Positions 39,384-49,287 of a stretch of DNA of 64,000 nt are shown here, in pieces. How positions within the stretch are numbered: the stretch's first letter is position 1; every line of letters begins with the position of its first letter. The notes beneath the pieces were generated by a model. The model was not told the origin of the DNA, searched no databases, and saw only the letters and a list, made by a program, of their open reading frames with translations. The position numbers and the translations under genes were made by a program. Source of the DNA: Candidatus Omnitrophota bacterium (GTDB taxonomy: Bacteria > Omnitrophota > Gorgyraeia > Zapsychrales > Fredricksoniimonadaceae); NCBI GenBank assembly GCA_903860135.1, contig CAIOPG010000004.1, positions 21,558-85,557 on the forward strand, written 5' to 3'.

Positions 39384-39416
39384 GTTTTGACCTACCTTTA
39401 TGTGAGTGTTGCTTGT

Positions 39417-40292
39417 TTAGATAATAAGCTTGTTGATCGAATACTCAATAATACCCTGAGCCCCCGCCGCTTTCAAGGCCGGGATAATGGAACGCACAAT
39501 ACCTTCCTCAATGACTGTCTCGACAGCTACCCAGCCATCCTGAGCCAGCGGTGCTACCGTCGGATTCTTCAACGCCGGCAAGGCTGTCAATAACTTGTTA
39601 AGGTTGTTGGTGGCAATGTTCAACTTGAGGCCGACCATATTGTTGGCCGCCAGCGCCCCCTTCAAGAGCATGATCACCTGATCCATCTTGGCGCGCTTCC
39701 ATTCATCTTTAAAGGAAGCCTTGTTCACGATGAACTGGGTGGAAGATTCGCAAAGCGTTTCCACGATGCGCAGTTTATTGGCGCGCAGGCTGCTGCCCGT
39801 TTCTGTCAGCTCGACGATCGCATCAACCAGGCCTGAAGCCACCTTGGCCTCAGTCGCGCCCCAGCTGAACTCGACCTGCGCCTTGACCTTGTTCTTGGCC
39901 AAATACTTCCGGGTAATACCCACAACCTCGGTGGCGATGCGCTTGCCCGCAAGATCCTTGACTGATTTGATAGACGAATTTTCAGGAACGGCGAGAACCC
40001 AGCGCACCTTGTTTGTCGTGGCCTTGGAATATTGGAGCTCGGCCATCACCTGAACCTTGGAGCCATTTTCCGCAACCCAATCTGCCCCCGTGATGCCGCA
40101 ATCGAGGGTGCCATCTTCGACATAACGCGACATTTCCTGCGCCCTTAAAAGCACCGGGGATATATCCGTGTCGTCGATATGAGGAAAATACGACCGACTG
40201 GAAACAACCAGCTTATAACCGGCCTTTTCAAAAAGCGCAACGGTAGCATCTTGCAAACTTCCCTTGGGTAAACCGAGCTTCAATATAGGCAT
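39417..40292 (-). CDS. hisG: ATP phosphoribosyltransferase (long form)
   Basis: [14 protein letters not shown]-terminus, catalytic domains plus C-terminal regulatory domain. Start at MPILKL. Confidence 0.88.
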   Translation of the reverse strand: MPILKLGLPKGSLQDATVALFEKAGYKLVVSSRSYFPHIDDTDISPVLLRAQEMSRYVEDGTLDCGITGADWVAENGSKVQVMAELQYSKATTNKVRWVLAVPENSSIKSVKDLAGKRIATEVVGITRKYLAKNKVKAQVEFSWGATEAKVASGLVDAIVELTETGSSLRANKLRIVETLCESSTQFIVNKASFKDEWKRAKMDQVIMLLKGALAANNMVGLKLNIATNNLNKLLTALPALKNPTVAPLAQDGWVAVETVIEEGIVRSIIPALKAAGAQGIIEYSINKLII

Positions 40293-40447
40293 AACCTTCG
40301 TCTTTCGTTTAAAAGTCCTTGAAGAGGGCACATTATAACTTAAGGTATAAGAAAATGTAAAGAGAAAATCCTTTCCAAATTGCTTCCGCCTGTTTATAAT
40401 CCAACGCATCACCATCAGGCTTCATCTAATAATTAAGGAGTTTTGCC

Positions 40448-41956
40448 ATGCTTAAAATCTTCCGCCAGAAAAATGTCGCCCGAAAAGTCCTCTGGGTCGT
40501 CACCGGCATCATTGTCATTTCCTTCGGTTTCGGTTTCGGCATTTCCCGTTACGGCGCGGCTTTTGATGTCACCCGCACCGCCGGTAAAGTTTACGGGCGA
40601 TCAATATCCCTCAAAGAATACCAGAAAAATTATCAGAACGTCCATGACCAGGCGGTCATGCTGCATGGTGCCGATGTCGAGCGCATCCTGCCCATGATGG
40701 ATCTGGAGAATGAAACCTGGTCGAGGATCATCCTGCTGAAAGCCGCCGAACAAAAAGGGCTCAAAGCCGTTGATGGGGAAGTTATCCAGTTTGTTGCCAA
40801 CACCCCCTACTTTCAGCGTGACGGACAGTTTGACAAGGGGCTGTACGCCAACATCGTCAAAAATATCTTCCGCCGTGAGCCGCGGGATTTTGAAGAAGGC
40901 CTGCGCGACCAGATCAAGATCATGAAACTTTTCAGCCCCGCCATCAAAGCGATCTCTTTCTCTGATGAAAAAGTCCGCCAGGAATATGAACGCCGCAACC
41001 AGAAAATGCAGGTGAATTATATCCTTATATCCCCGGAAGCCTTCACCCAGGGCATCACCGCCACTGACGAAGACCTGCGTCGCCACTTTGACGCCCGCCG
41101 TGAAGATTTCCAGGAGCCCGAAACAATGAAGGTCATGGCCATCTCCCTGCCACTTGATGCCAAGGCTTCTCCTGCCGACAAAGCCGCTGTTACGGCCAAA
41201 GCCAAAGAGCTCCGCGCGCAGATCACCGCCGGTACCGATGCCGCTGTTGCCGCCAAGCAATACAACGCCACTGTCAAGGAAACGGAATTCTTCAGTGTGA
41301 ATGCGCCTTCCAAAGATATCGTCCCTTCGTTTGAACTTCTGCAAGGTTTGTTCAGCGCCAAAGCCGGTGATGTCCTTGAACCGGCAGAAGGGGCTGATAG
41401 CGTCCAGGTCGTCAAAGTCCTTGAAAAGAAACCTGCCTTTGTGCCTGAATTCACGGCTATCAAAGAAAAAGTAAGTGTGGCGCTGATCAAAGAAAAAGCA
41501 GGGAAGATCGCCGAAGAAAAAGCTGCTGCCGTTCTCTTGGACGTCACGGAGAAGATCAAGGGCGGGCTGGACTTCGTCGCCGCTGTCCGTGCGGCGTCAT
41601 TTGAACCGAAACAAACGGCCTTCTTCGGCCTTGGAGAATATGTAGCTGAAATCGGCATGTCCGAAGATTTCACAACCGCCGCCTTTGCCCTCAACAAGGA
41701 CACCCCCCTGAGTGGTGTGGTCAAGACATCCAAAGGCCCCGCGATCCTCAGCTGGCTGGCCACACAACCTGCCGATGAAAAGAAATTCAGTGAAGTGAAA
41801 AAAGATTTTACCGATTCGCTTTATTCCGAAGAACGCGTGCATGTCATGAATGCGCTCATCAAAACACTGCGCGAGCAAGCCCAGCTGACAAGCTACCTCG
41901 GCGAGATCAATGCCAAACAAAAAGACGCGATCGAAAAAATGCGCATCAAAAAATAA
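40448..41956 (+). CDS. ppiD: Periplasmic chaperone PpiD-like (SurA_N domain, N-terminal TM anchor)
   Basis: 502 aa. N-terminal TM (VLWVVTGIIVISFGFGF), SurA_N-like chaperone domain. No clear parvulin signature seen by eye. Confidence 0.65.
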   Translation: MLKIFRQKNVARKVLWVVTGIIVISFGFGFGISRYGAAFDVTRTAGKVYGRSISLKEYQKNYQNVHDQAVMLHGADVERILPMMDLENETWSRIILLKAAEQKGLKAVDGEVIQFVANTPYFQRDGQFDKGLYANIVKNIFRREPRDFEEGLRDQIKIMKLFSPAIKAISFSDEKVRQEYERRNQKMQVNYILISPEAFTQGITATDEDLRRHFDARREDFQEPETMKVMAISLPLDAKASPADKAAVTAKAKELRAQITAGTDAAVAAKQYNATVKETEFFSVNAPSKDIVPSFELLQGLFSAKAGDVLEPAEGADSVQVVKVLEKKPAFVPEFTAIKEKVSVALIKEKAGKIAEEKAAAVLLDVTEKIKGGLDFVAAVRAASFEPKQTAFFGLGEYVAEIGMSEDFTTAAFALNKDTPLSGVVKTSKGPAILSWLATQPADEKKFSEVKKDFTDSLYSEERVHVMNALIKTLREQAQLTSYLGEINAKQKDAIEKMRIKK

Positions 41957-41975
41957 TATCAGGAAACCCCAATAA

Positions 41976-42007
41976 AAAGCCCCCGACATCCTCGGGGGCT
42001 TTTTTAT
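41976..42007. terminator. Bidirectional rho-independent terminator
   Basis: aaaaagcccccgacatcctcgggggcttttttat: 8-bp GC stem flanked by an A-run and a T-run; sits between convergent ppiD-like (+) and cutA (-). Confidence 0.85.
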
Positions 42008-42321
42008 AATATTGACGCTTCAAGCCATCGAAGGTAGGGCTCATGGCCAGCGATGATGGGGAGGGCGATGATCTCGGGGATGGCGTAGCTGTGCAGGCGT
42101 TTGATCTCAGTTTCAAGCGCGGGAAACGCATCGCGGCTGGTTTTGATCATGATGAGGACTTCAGAAGCTTGCTCAACAACACCTTCCCAGCGATAAACAG
42201 AACGAACACCAGGAATAATGGTACAGCACGCGGCCAGTTTCTTTTCAACAACAAAGCGGGCCATGCGATCAGCCTCTTCTTCACTCCCGGCACTCACATA
42301 CACCACCACAGGCTCTGCCAT
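42004..42321 (-). CDS. cutA: Divalent-cation tolerance protein CutA
   Basis: KLAACCTIIPGVRSVYRWEG...IPEIIALPI CutA1 signature. Confidence 0.85.
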   Translation of the reverse strand: MAEPVVVYVSAGSEEEADRMARFVVEKKLAACCTIIPGVRSVYRWEGVVEQASEVLIMIKTSRDAFPALETEIKRLHSYAIPEIIALPIIAGHEPYLRWLEASIL

Positions 42322-42333
42322 ACTCCACCCCCC

Positions 42334-43068
42334 TCACATCATGATAACCGAGATCATACGGCCGGACTTATCTGCATCCCGGCGAAATGAATGAAACCGG
42401 CTGGCATCACTGAACGAACACAAGCCGCAATCAAAGATATTGCCACATTTAACGCCTGAACCCGTCAACTGGCGAAGGTTGGCTGACACAATATCAAAAC
42501 GCAGGCCCGCATCCGTCTTAACGGTGTCCTGCGGAAAATAATCCATGAATTCAGGACCGACCTCACAACTTTCACGCCGAATACAGGGACCAATCGCCGC
42601 GCGGATGTCCTGCGGATCAACACCGTAATCCCGTTGCATCAAGGCCACCGTCTTGGCCGCGATATCCAGCCTGGTGCTTTTCCAGCCGGCATGCACGGCG
42701 GCAATGACCCGGCGCACAGGGTCATACAATAAAGCCGGCAGGCAGTCCGCCGTGCGGATGGCCATGGGAAGGCCGGCAACATCCGTCACCACGGCATCTG
42801 CCGCAACAATGCCCGCCTGGACCGCATCGCTGGCCGTCACCTTCCAGATCGCATCCCCGTGAACTTGTTTGGGCAAAACAAGCCCTTTATCAAGAACAAG
42901 CCCGCGGTCTTTCAAATACTTTGCTTGCAGATCTGTCAGCGTATACGCAACAAAGGCCGGATCACCCTTAAAGAAATCAAGCTCCGCCGTGCTGGTGAAG
43001 GCCGAAACACCCAGGAATGAGGAATAATTTATTTCAGTCATATTTAAATTCTTTCTACCCTTGAGCAT
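42334..43068 (-). CDS. pgeF: Peptidoglycan editing factor PgeF/YfiH (DUF152, laccase-domain purine nucleoside enzyme)
   Basis: QVHG...C.P....D......A.HAGW and conserved Cys/His residues. Possible start at MTEINY (43041). Confidence 0.8.
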   Translation of the reverse strand: MLKGRKNLNMTEINYSSFLGVSAFTSTAELDFFKGDPAFVAYTLTDLQAKYLKDRGLVLDKGLVLPKQVHGDAIWKVTASDAVQAGIVAADAVVTDVAGLPMAIRTADCLPALLYDPVRRVIAAVHAGWKSTRLDIAAKTVALMQRDYGVDPQDIRAAIGPCIRRESCEVGPEFMDYFPQDTVKTDAGLRFDIVSANLRQLTGSGVKCGNIFDCGLCSFSDASRFHSFRRDADKSGRMISVIMM

Positions 43069-43405
43069 TTCTAAGCTGCTTCCCTGTTACATCAAAATAG
43101 AAATAAATCTTCGGCGTCGCCGCAGGGTTGGCCATGCGGTGATAAACACACTGTTCTTCAACTCCCTGGGGGCGGCAGAAAGCCGGTTCGCCAAAAGTCC
43201 TGATCACAGCTGACTTGTCAGCATACCGGCCGAGCCTGCCCGGCACTTGCGCTTGCTGCCGCAAGGCGTCATACCGCTTGTCCTGGGCCTTGACCGAGGC
43301 TTCCTGCGCGTCTTGCTCATCAGAGAAAGCCTTGAGGGCAAAGATCCCGTCGAGAGAAGAACAGCCTGAACATGCCAGCAGAAGAACAAGCAAATACGGT
43401 GCCAT
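43055..43405 (-). CDS. Small lipoprotein (lipobox LLACSGC), unknown function
   Basis: MAPYLLVLLLACSGCSS signal peptide with lipobox Cys. Start set at MAPYLL. Confidence 0.6.
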   Translation of the reverse strand: MAPYLLVLLLACSGCSSLDGIFALKAFSDEQDAQEASVKAQDKRYDALRQQAQVPGRLGRYADKSAVIRTFGEPAFCRPQGVEEQCVYHRMANPAATPKIYFYFDVTGKQLRNAQG

Positions 43406-43409
43406 GGGA

Positions 43410-43664
43410 TCAATGCTCCCAGCGGAAATGGACAAAGATACGCCCAAAATTCTTGTCGTCTTTCTCAATGCGGTGGAACCGGCCCTTATAATTCTTCTCA
43501 AGGAACCGCAGTACCGACTTTTTCAACTGCCCCGAACCTTTGCCGGGAATGATCTCAACGGACTCCGCGCGCTTGGCGATCGCTTCGTGCAGGATGCCGT
43601 GCAACGCCGTGTCCAGGGCATGTCCGTCGGAAAAGATATTGTGCAGATCAAGTTTTAAACGCAT
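43410..43664 (-). CDS. Smr (small MutS-related) domain protein
   Basis: LDLHN...ALD.AL..L.EA......SVEIIPGKGSG.L Smr domain motif. Confidence 0.75.
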   Translation of the reverse strand: MRLKLDLHNIFSDGHALDTALHGILHEAIAKRAESVEIIPGKGSGQLKKSVLRFLEKNYKGRFHRIEKDDKNFGRIFVHFRWEH

Positions 43665-43680
43665 AAACCTCTGTCAGGCC

Positions 43681-45639
43681 TTAGCCACGCTGGATCCTGT
43701 CGCGCTCTTCGGTGATGGCCTTGCGCGTGCTGGCAATCTCGCGCAGGCGCGTCTGGATCTCTTTCAGGCGGCGGCCACAGGCGGCGATTTCTTCACGCGG
43801 ACGGCCATTGAACGATTCATTCATCACACGAGACTTGATATATGTTTCCGTTTCCAGCGCCTTTTCCTCACGATCGAGAGCCTTGAACTGATCCTTGATC
43901 GCGGCGAGGCGCTGAAGGGCCTGCTCGTGCTGTTCACGGGCCAGACGCAGGTTTTCGGGCTCACTGGGATCACGCCGCGCCGGCTGACCAGCCGCCTTGC
44001 CTTCACGCGCACGCGCCGCCGCATTTTTCCCGGCAGCCGCTTCCTCGGCCGCACGACCGGCTTTCTTGTCGAGGTAATAATCCAGCGCCCCCGGATAATG
44101 GCGTATCGCCCCGCTGTCGACCTCAACAATATGATTGGCGATCTCACGGATAAAATACAGGTCATGGCTGATAAAACATAGGGTGCCGGCATAATTCTTG
44201 AATGCGCGCGTCAAGGCTTCAACACCCGCCACATCGAGGTGCGTTGTCGGCTCATCAAGCAGGATAAAATTGGGCGGATTGATCAACAGCTTCGCCAGGA
44301 TAAGGCGGCTCTTCTCACCGCCGGAGAGGACAGCAACAGTCTTAAAAACATCCTCACCGTGAAAGTTGAACATGCCCAGCAGGCTGCGCGCCTGCGTCTG
44401 CGGAAAACTGCCGCCGACGGCTGACAGGAGCTCTTCATACACCGAGCGCGACGGATTAAGCACATCTAGGCGCGTCTGCGAGAAATACCCCATCTTGACA
44501 CCATGCCCAAGACGACGGGTACCACTGTCGTACGGGATAACATCCGCCAGGATCTTCAACAGCGTGGATTTACCCGCGCCGTTGCCGCCGACCAGGCACA
44601 TCTTCTGCCCTTTGGTGATCTCAAAATCAAGGCCGTTATAGATCATTTTATCCGGGTAGGACTTTTTGATATTCGACAAGGTCATGACCGTATAGCCGCT
44701 TTCCGTCGTCTGCGGAAAATTAAAATCCTTGATGCTCAGGCGCGTGCGCGGCAGATCCTGCGACTCATCCTCGAGTTTCTCGAGCATCTTCATCTTGTTC
44801 TGCACGGCCGAGGCCCGGTTGGGCTGGGCGTGGAAACGCGATGTGAACCGCTCAAGCTGATCCTTCTTTTTATCCACGACCTTCATGCGTTTTTCAAGGG
44901 TACGGTACTCGATCTCTTTCTGTGCCATGAAGGCCTCGTAACAGCCTTTCACCTTGGTCATTTTCCCGTTCTCAAGGACGATGGTGTAGTTGGTCACATC
45001 ATTCAAAAAAACCTTGTCGTGCGAGATCATGACAAAAGACCCCGGGTATTTGCCCAGAAAATCCTTGAGCCATAAGGTCGCCGCGAGATCCAGGTAGTTC
45101 GTCGGCTCGTCGAGGAGCAAAAGGTCGTAGGCATACGTGAGTAGTTTGGCCAACAGCGTGCGCATCTGCCATCCGCCGGAAAGCTGGCACACCGGCTTGT
45201 GGAACTCAAATTCACGAAAGCCAAGGCCCGTCAGGATCTTCTCCGCCTTGTGTTCCAGCTCATAAACCCCGAGCTCCTCAAAACGCTCTAGGATATCCCC
45301 GTAACGTATTTCGGCACACAGGCCCGCCTCTTCCATCTTATGCTTCTCGTCCACCAGAGCGCGGATCTCGTCGTCACCGGAAGTCACTTCTTCCATGACC
45401 GTGCGCGTTGAGTCAAAATGCGACTCCTGCGGCAGGTACCCGATCTTGATACCCTTCTGGATCGTGATATTGCCGGCCGTCGTTTCCATGTCGCCGAGGA
45501 TCATATGAAAAAGGGTTGTTTTGCCGGCGCCATTAGGGCCGGTCAACCCGATGCGTTCATTGGAAAAGATACTGAGCGACACATCGTCCATCAGCATGCG
45601 CTCATCGAAATTCTTGGAAACATTCGTTAATGTGATCAT
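43681..45639 (-). CDS. ABC-F family ATPase (Uup/EttA-like), two NBDs plus C-terminal coiled-coil
   Basis: Two Walker A (GPNGAGKTT; GGNGAGKST), two LSGG signatures, no TMD, Lys/Glu-rich C-terminal coiled coil. Confidence 0.85.
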   Translation of the reverse strand: MITLTNVSKNFDERMLMDDVSLSIFSNERIGLTGPNGAGKTTLFHMILGDMETTAGNITIQKGIKIGYLPQESHFDSTRTVMEEVTSGDDEIRALVDEKHKMEEAGLCAEIRYGDILERFEELGVYELEHKAEKILTGLGFREFEFHKPVCQLSGGWQMRTLLAKLLTYAYDLLLLDEPTNYLDLAATLWLKDFLGKYPGSFVMISHDKVFLNDVTNYTIVLENGKMTKVKGCYEAFMAQKEIEYRTLEKRMKVVDKKKDQLERFTSRFHAQPNRASAVQNKMKMLEKLEDESQDLPRTRLSIKDFNFPQTTESGYTVMTLSNIKKSYPDKMIYNGLDFEITKGQKMCLVGGNGAGKSTLLKILADVIPYDSGTRRLGHGVKMGYFSQTRLDVLNPSRSVYEELLSAVGGSFPQTQARSLLGMFNFHGEDVFKTVAVLSGGEKSRLILAKLLINPPNFILLDEPTTHLDVAGVEALTRAFKNYAGTLCFISHDLYFIREIANHIVEVDSGAIRHYPGALDYYLDKKAGRAAEEAAAGKNAAARAREGKAAGQPARRDPSEPENLRLAREQHEQALQRLAAIKDQFKALDREEKALETETYIKSRVMNESFNGRPREEIAACGRRLKEIQTRLREIASTRKAITEERDRIQRG

Positions 45640-46760
45640 GACCTTCCTGTTCTCCTCACCGGTGAAGCCTTGCCTGAATAAGTTTTATGCCCGTACGGCT
45701 TGTCGCTGCGCGGACGAGGTGTGAAGGTACGCCGCTCATCCGGTTTGGAGGATCTTTCTCCCACCGGCCTTGGCGCATACGTCTTTCTCTCCTCTGTTCT
45801 GGCCGCATAAGGCGTGTCACTGCTGGTGCGCGGCCTAGAGCTGTACGGCCTGTCTCCTGTGGGGCGCGGCCTGAAGGATCTTTTTTCGTCTGACTCCGGT
45901 CGTGCGGATCTTTCCCCGGCGGGGCGTACGGACCTTGTTTCCGGACGTGCGGCTCCGGCCGATGAAGGCCGTCCGCTCTGCCAGTCGCGGTTGGCGGAAA
46001 AACGGCGTTGAGGGGAATTCGACGAGAATACAGGCTTTAATGGGCGTGCGGCCCGGCCAATGGCATGCAGGGATGCCTGCTCTTCAGGCGTCAATGGACG
46101 CCAGGCCCCGGACTTAAGGGTATCCAGACTGAGCGGCCCCTGTGCCACACGGGTCAGGCGTACCACATCGTGCCCGACCTCATGGCACATGAGCCGGACC
46201 TGATGCTTATGGCCTTCATGGATGGTCAGATCAAATTCCGTAAAATTACCATCAAAAGTAACGTTAGCAACCTCGGCCGGGGCTGTCTTGAATTTCTCGA
46301 TCACAACGCCCTGCTCAAGCCGGTCCTTTTCGCGAAACTCCAGGCGACGGGCAACGCGGACATGGTAGGTTTTATTCACATCAAAACTCGGATGCGCCAG
46401 GCGATGGGCCAACTCGCCGTCATTGGTCAGGAACAGAAGCCCCTGCGTGTCTTTGTCGAGGCGGCCTACGGGCTTCAAGTGCCGCAGGTTCGGCGGCAAC
46501 AGGGCCAACACACCCCACTGGTCAAACTGCGTCTCGCACGTCGTCACATACCCGACCGGCTTGTGGAGCATAATGTACTCATAATCCTTCAGCTTGATCT
46601 CGCGCCCCTGCAGGGTGATCTTGTCGTCACCCGGATCCATCATATGTGACGGCTCGCGCACCACATTGCCATTGACCGTCACATCACCGGCCAGAATGTG
46701 GTCGAATGCCTTGCGCCGGGAGATCCCGCCATTATGAGAAATAAAAAGTTGTAGTTTCAT
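45636..46760 (-). CDS. rluB: Pseudouridine synthase RluB/RsuA family with Arg/Pro/Ser-rich C-terminal tail
   Basis: S4 domain plus catalytic GRLDKDTQGLL motif. ~130-aa low-complexity basic tail with three degenerate ~15-aa repeats. Confidence 0.82.
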   Translation of the reverse strand: MKLQLFISHNGGISRRKAFDHILAGDVTVNGNVVREPSHMMDPGDDKITLQGREIKLKDYEYIMLHKPVGYVTTCETQFDQWGVLALLPPNLRHLKPVGRLDKDTQGLLFLTNDGELAHRLAHPSFDVNKTYHVRVARRLEFREKDRLEQGVVIEKFKTAPAEVANVTFDGNFTEFDLTIHEGHKHQVRLMCHEVGHDVVRLTRVAQGPLSLDTLKSGAWRPLTPEEQASLHAIGRAARPLKPVFSSNSPQRRFSANRDWQSGRPSSAGAARPETRSVRPAGERSARPESDEKRSFRPRPTGDRPYSSRPRTSSDTPYAARTEERKTYAPRPVGERSSKPDERRTFTPRPRSDKPYGHKTYSGKASPVRRTGRS

Positions 46761-47560
46761 AGCCGCCTTCTTTGTCTTAACGATTCATAAACCATCACCG
46801 CGGCAGAAACGGAGACATTGAGCGAATCCACCTTCCCCTGCATGGGGATCCGGACCTGCTCATCCGCATTGCGACGCCAAAAATCACTTAATCCTTCCTG
46901 CTCACTACCCATGATGACAGCGACCGCCCCCGTCATGTCCTTATCAAAATAATACGCCTCGGCCTGCACCACCGCCGCAAATATACGCGCCCCTTTGAGC
47001 CGTAAGAAATCCAGTGCCGCCTTGTTCGTGCACGCCACCACCGGCACCGCAAATACCGCGCCAAGGCTCGCCCGGATGACATTGGGATTATAAATATCCG
47101 TCCGTTCATCACAGACCAACAGTGCCTCCACACCAGCCGCATCGGCCGTGCGCAGGGCCGCCCCGAGATTGCCAGGTTTCTCCACGCGCTCCATCACAAG
47201 TACCAACGGCGCCGCGCTGAGCTTAAGGGCCTCAAGGGTCAATTCCGGCTGTTCCACCAGACCCAACACCCCTTCGGTGCGGTCGCCGTAACAGAGTTTA
47301 CCAAAAACCGCGCACCCTGTGTCAAACACTTTCACGCCCTTCTCAACCAAACGGCTCACCAGCGCCTCATCACAACGGTAAAGGCCTTCACGGCAAATAT
47401 AAACGCACGAAAAACGTAACCCCGCGTTCAACGCCTGGCTGACCTCACGCGCCCCCTCGACGATCGTGAGGCCACGCGCCTCACGGCTTTTTTTGGTCCG
47501 CAAGCGCACCACACGTTTGATGCCGGGATTCTGCAAACTTGAAATCTTTTCGATCACCAT
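46757..47560 (-). CDS. TrmH/SpoU family RNA 2'-O-methyltransferase
   Basis: SpoU_sub_bind plus SPOUT catalytic motifs (NLGA..RTA.A.G, IMGSE..GL). Start set at MVIEKISS. Confidence 0.78.
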   Translation of the reverse strand: MVIEKISSLQNPGIKRVVRLRTKKSREARGLTIVEGAREVSQALNAGLRFSCVYICREGLYRCDEALVSRLVEKGVKVFDTGCAVFGKLCYGDRTEGVLGLVEQPELTLEALKLSAAPLVLVMERVEKPGNLGAALRTADAAGVEALLVCDERTDIYNPNVIRASLGAVFAVPVVACTNKAALDFLRLKGARIFAAVVQAEAYYFDKDMTGAVAVIMGSEQEGLSDFWRRNADEQVRIPMQGKVDSLNVSVSAAVMVYESLRQRRRL

Positions 47561-47573
47561 AGTCTCGGTCCCA

Positions 47574-48047
47574 TTATTTCCTCGCCGATGTGTAACTTTC
47601 AAGGTCATACACGATCTGCTTCGACGGCATCGGGATCTTGTCGATCTGGATATTGGCTCGCCCGAAGAAATCTGTTGCCAGCGTGCTGTGATAATCGGAA
47701 AACACCACCACCCGTTTGATCCCTGCGGCAATCAGCGCCTTGGCGCAGGTCGTGCAGGGCATGTTGGTCACATACGCCGTTGCCCCGTCAATGATATGCC
47801 CCTTGCGCGCCGCCTGGGTGATCGCGTTCATCTCCGCGTGATTGGTGCGCACGCAATGATTCTCGACGATAAGGCACCCTGCGTCCTCACAATGCACATC
47901 GCCGGGGATCGACCCGTTATACCCCGTGGCAATAACCTGACGGTCTTTCACGAGCACACACCCGCAATGCATCCGCGGGCACGTCGCCCGTTCGGAAGCA
48001 ATCATCGCCAGCTTCATAAAATACTCATCCCAATGCGGTCTCGCCAT
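47574..48047 (-). CDS. dCMP deaminase (ComEB-like)
   Basis: Zn-binding HAE...PCTTC motifs of cytidine/deoxycytidylate deaminases. Confidence 0.85.
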   Translation of the reverse strand: MARPHWDEYFMKLAMIASERATCPRMHCGCVLVKDRQVIATGYNGSIPGDVHCEDAGCLIVENHCVRTNHAEMNAITQAARKGHIIDGATAYVTNMPCTTCAKALIAAGIKRVVVFSDYHSTLATDFFGRANIQIDKIPMPSKQIVYDLESYTSARK

Positions 48048-48108
48048 AAATCACCCTCCTCGTTCATCAGTTGGACAGATATATTAACAGATACAGAAAG
48101 GAACGTCG

Positions 48109-49287
48109 TTAAAAATCTACCACCCGCCGCACGCCTTCCTGGAAAATATTTTCCGGAGGTAGTAGGCTCACGACGAAATGGTCTTCCTGCTCGAAATCAA
48201 AGAAAAATCCCGGATGGACAAAAACGTGTTTTTCTTTAAGGAGCCTGAGCGCCCATTCATCGCCGGGCAGGCCCATGTCCGTCTGCAGAACCGCATACCA
48301 GCCAGCATCTGTCGGAAGGACGTTGATGGGAGTAGTAGCAACCGCCGCAGACAGATACACATAGTTGGCACGTATCCGCGCCATGATCCTTGCGGTGATC
48401 TCGCCACGCTTGGCAAGCCATACCGGCGCGGCATTCTGGACGGGCGTATTGACGGACAGATAAGTATCAGCAATGATTTCTAGGCGGCTGATAGCTTCAT
48501 GGACCTGATCTTGAGGGCCATTAACAACGATCCAACCCAGCTTCATCTGGGGCAGAGCCATGGCTTTTGACAAGCCGCCAAGGGCAAAGCTCAAGGCACC
48601 GGTATTGGCGGCCAAGCTCGGGCAGGGTGTTTTAACAGGATCAAATACATAATCCGCAAAAACTTCATCGCTAATGAGTGCCATATCAAAATCCGCGCAC
48701 AGCGCATTCAGGCGGGAGATTTCATCCGGGCGCACGCAGGATCCCGTCGGATTGTTGGGACTCACGAGCACCACAGCCTTGACCCCGCGCCGGGCTTCTT
48801 TCTTCAGGAATTCAAAATCAATGCCCCATGACTGGCCGTCGAAAGCAAGGCGGTAGTTAGCTGTTTCCACATCGTTAAGCCCGGCGAGATACGAAAAAAG
48901 CGGATACCCCGGCACCGGCAAAAGGACACGGTCATGCGGGTTCATCAACAGGCGAAACAGGAACGTGTACGCTTCAGATGAGGCTGACGTCAAAATGATC
49001 TGCTCGGGCGAAACAACAATGCCCTTGTCGGCATAATAACGCGCCACGGCCTCACGGGCCTTCTGCATGCCCTTGGGATGTGGGTCATATAAAAGATTGG
49101 CTGTATTTTGAAACGGGGGCAGAATCAGATCCGCCGGATGCGCTATCCCGGCCTTGGTCGGATTCGACTCTGTCAGATCAAGAACAGAAACCCCCGCCGC
49201 CCGGAGCTTATCCAGCTCGAGGGCAAGAGGGTTCTCGCCTAAATCCCATTGTGTGCGTTGAGCAAACATGTGCGAAGGTATCGTCAC
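48109..49287 (-). CDS. Class I/II PLP-dependent aminotransferase (AlaC/AspC-like)
   Basis: Fold-type I aminotransferase with SKA lysine motif (GGLSKAMALP..KLGW) and PNNPTG motif. Confidence 0.8.
   Translation of the reverse strand: MTIPSHMFAQRTQWDLGENPLALELDKLRAAGVSVLDLTESNPTKAGIAHPADLILPPFQNTANLLYDPHPKGMQKAREAVARYYADKGIVVSPEQIILTSASSEAYTFLFRLLMNPHDRVLLPVPGYPLFSYLAGLNDVETANYRLAFDGQSWGIDFEFLKKEARRGVKAVVLVSPNNPTGSCVRPDEISRLNALCADFDMALISDEVFADYVFDPVKTPCPSLAANTGALSFALGGLSKAMALPQMKLGWIVVNGPQDQVHEAISRLEIIADTYLSVNTPVQNAAPVWLAKRGEITARIMARIRANYVYLSAAVATTPINVLPTDAGWYAVLQTDMGLPGDEWALRLLKEKHVFVHPGFFFDFEQEDHFVVSLLPPENIFQEGVRRVVDF

Noticed and set aside
40601-41763. Two ~247-aa minus-strand ORFs opposite the ppiD-like gene
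   Set aside because: The plus-strand product has a coherent TM-anchor plus chaperone-domain architecture and is followed by a strong terminator. The minus ORFs are Ala/Ser/Gly-rich antisense artefacts.
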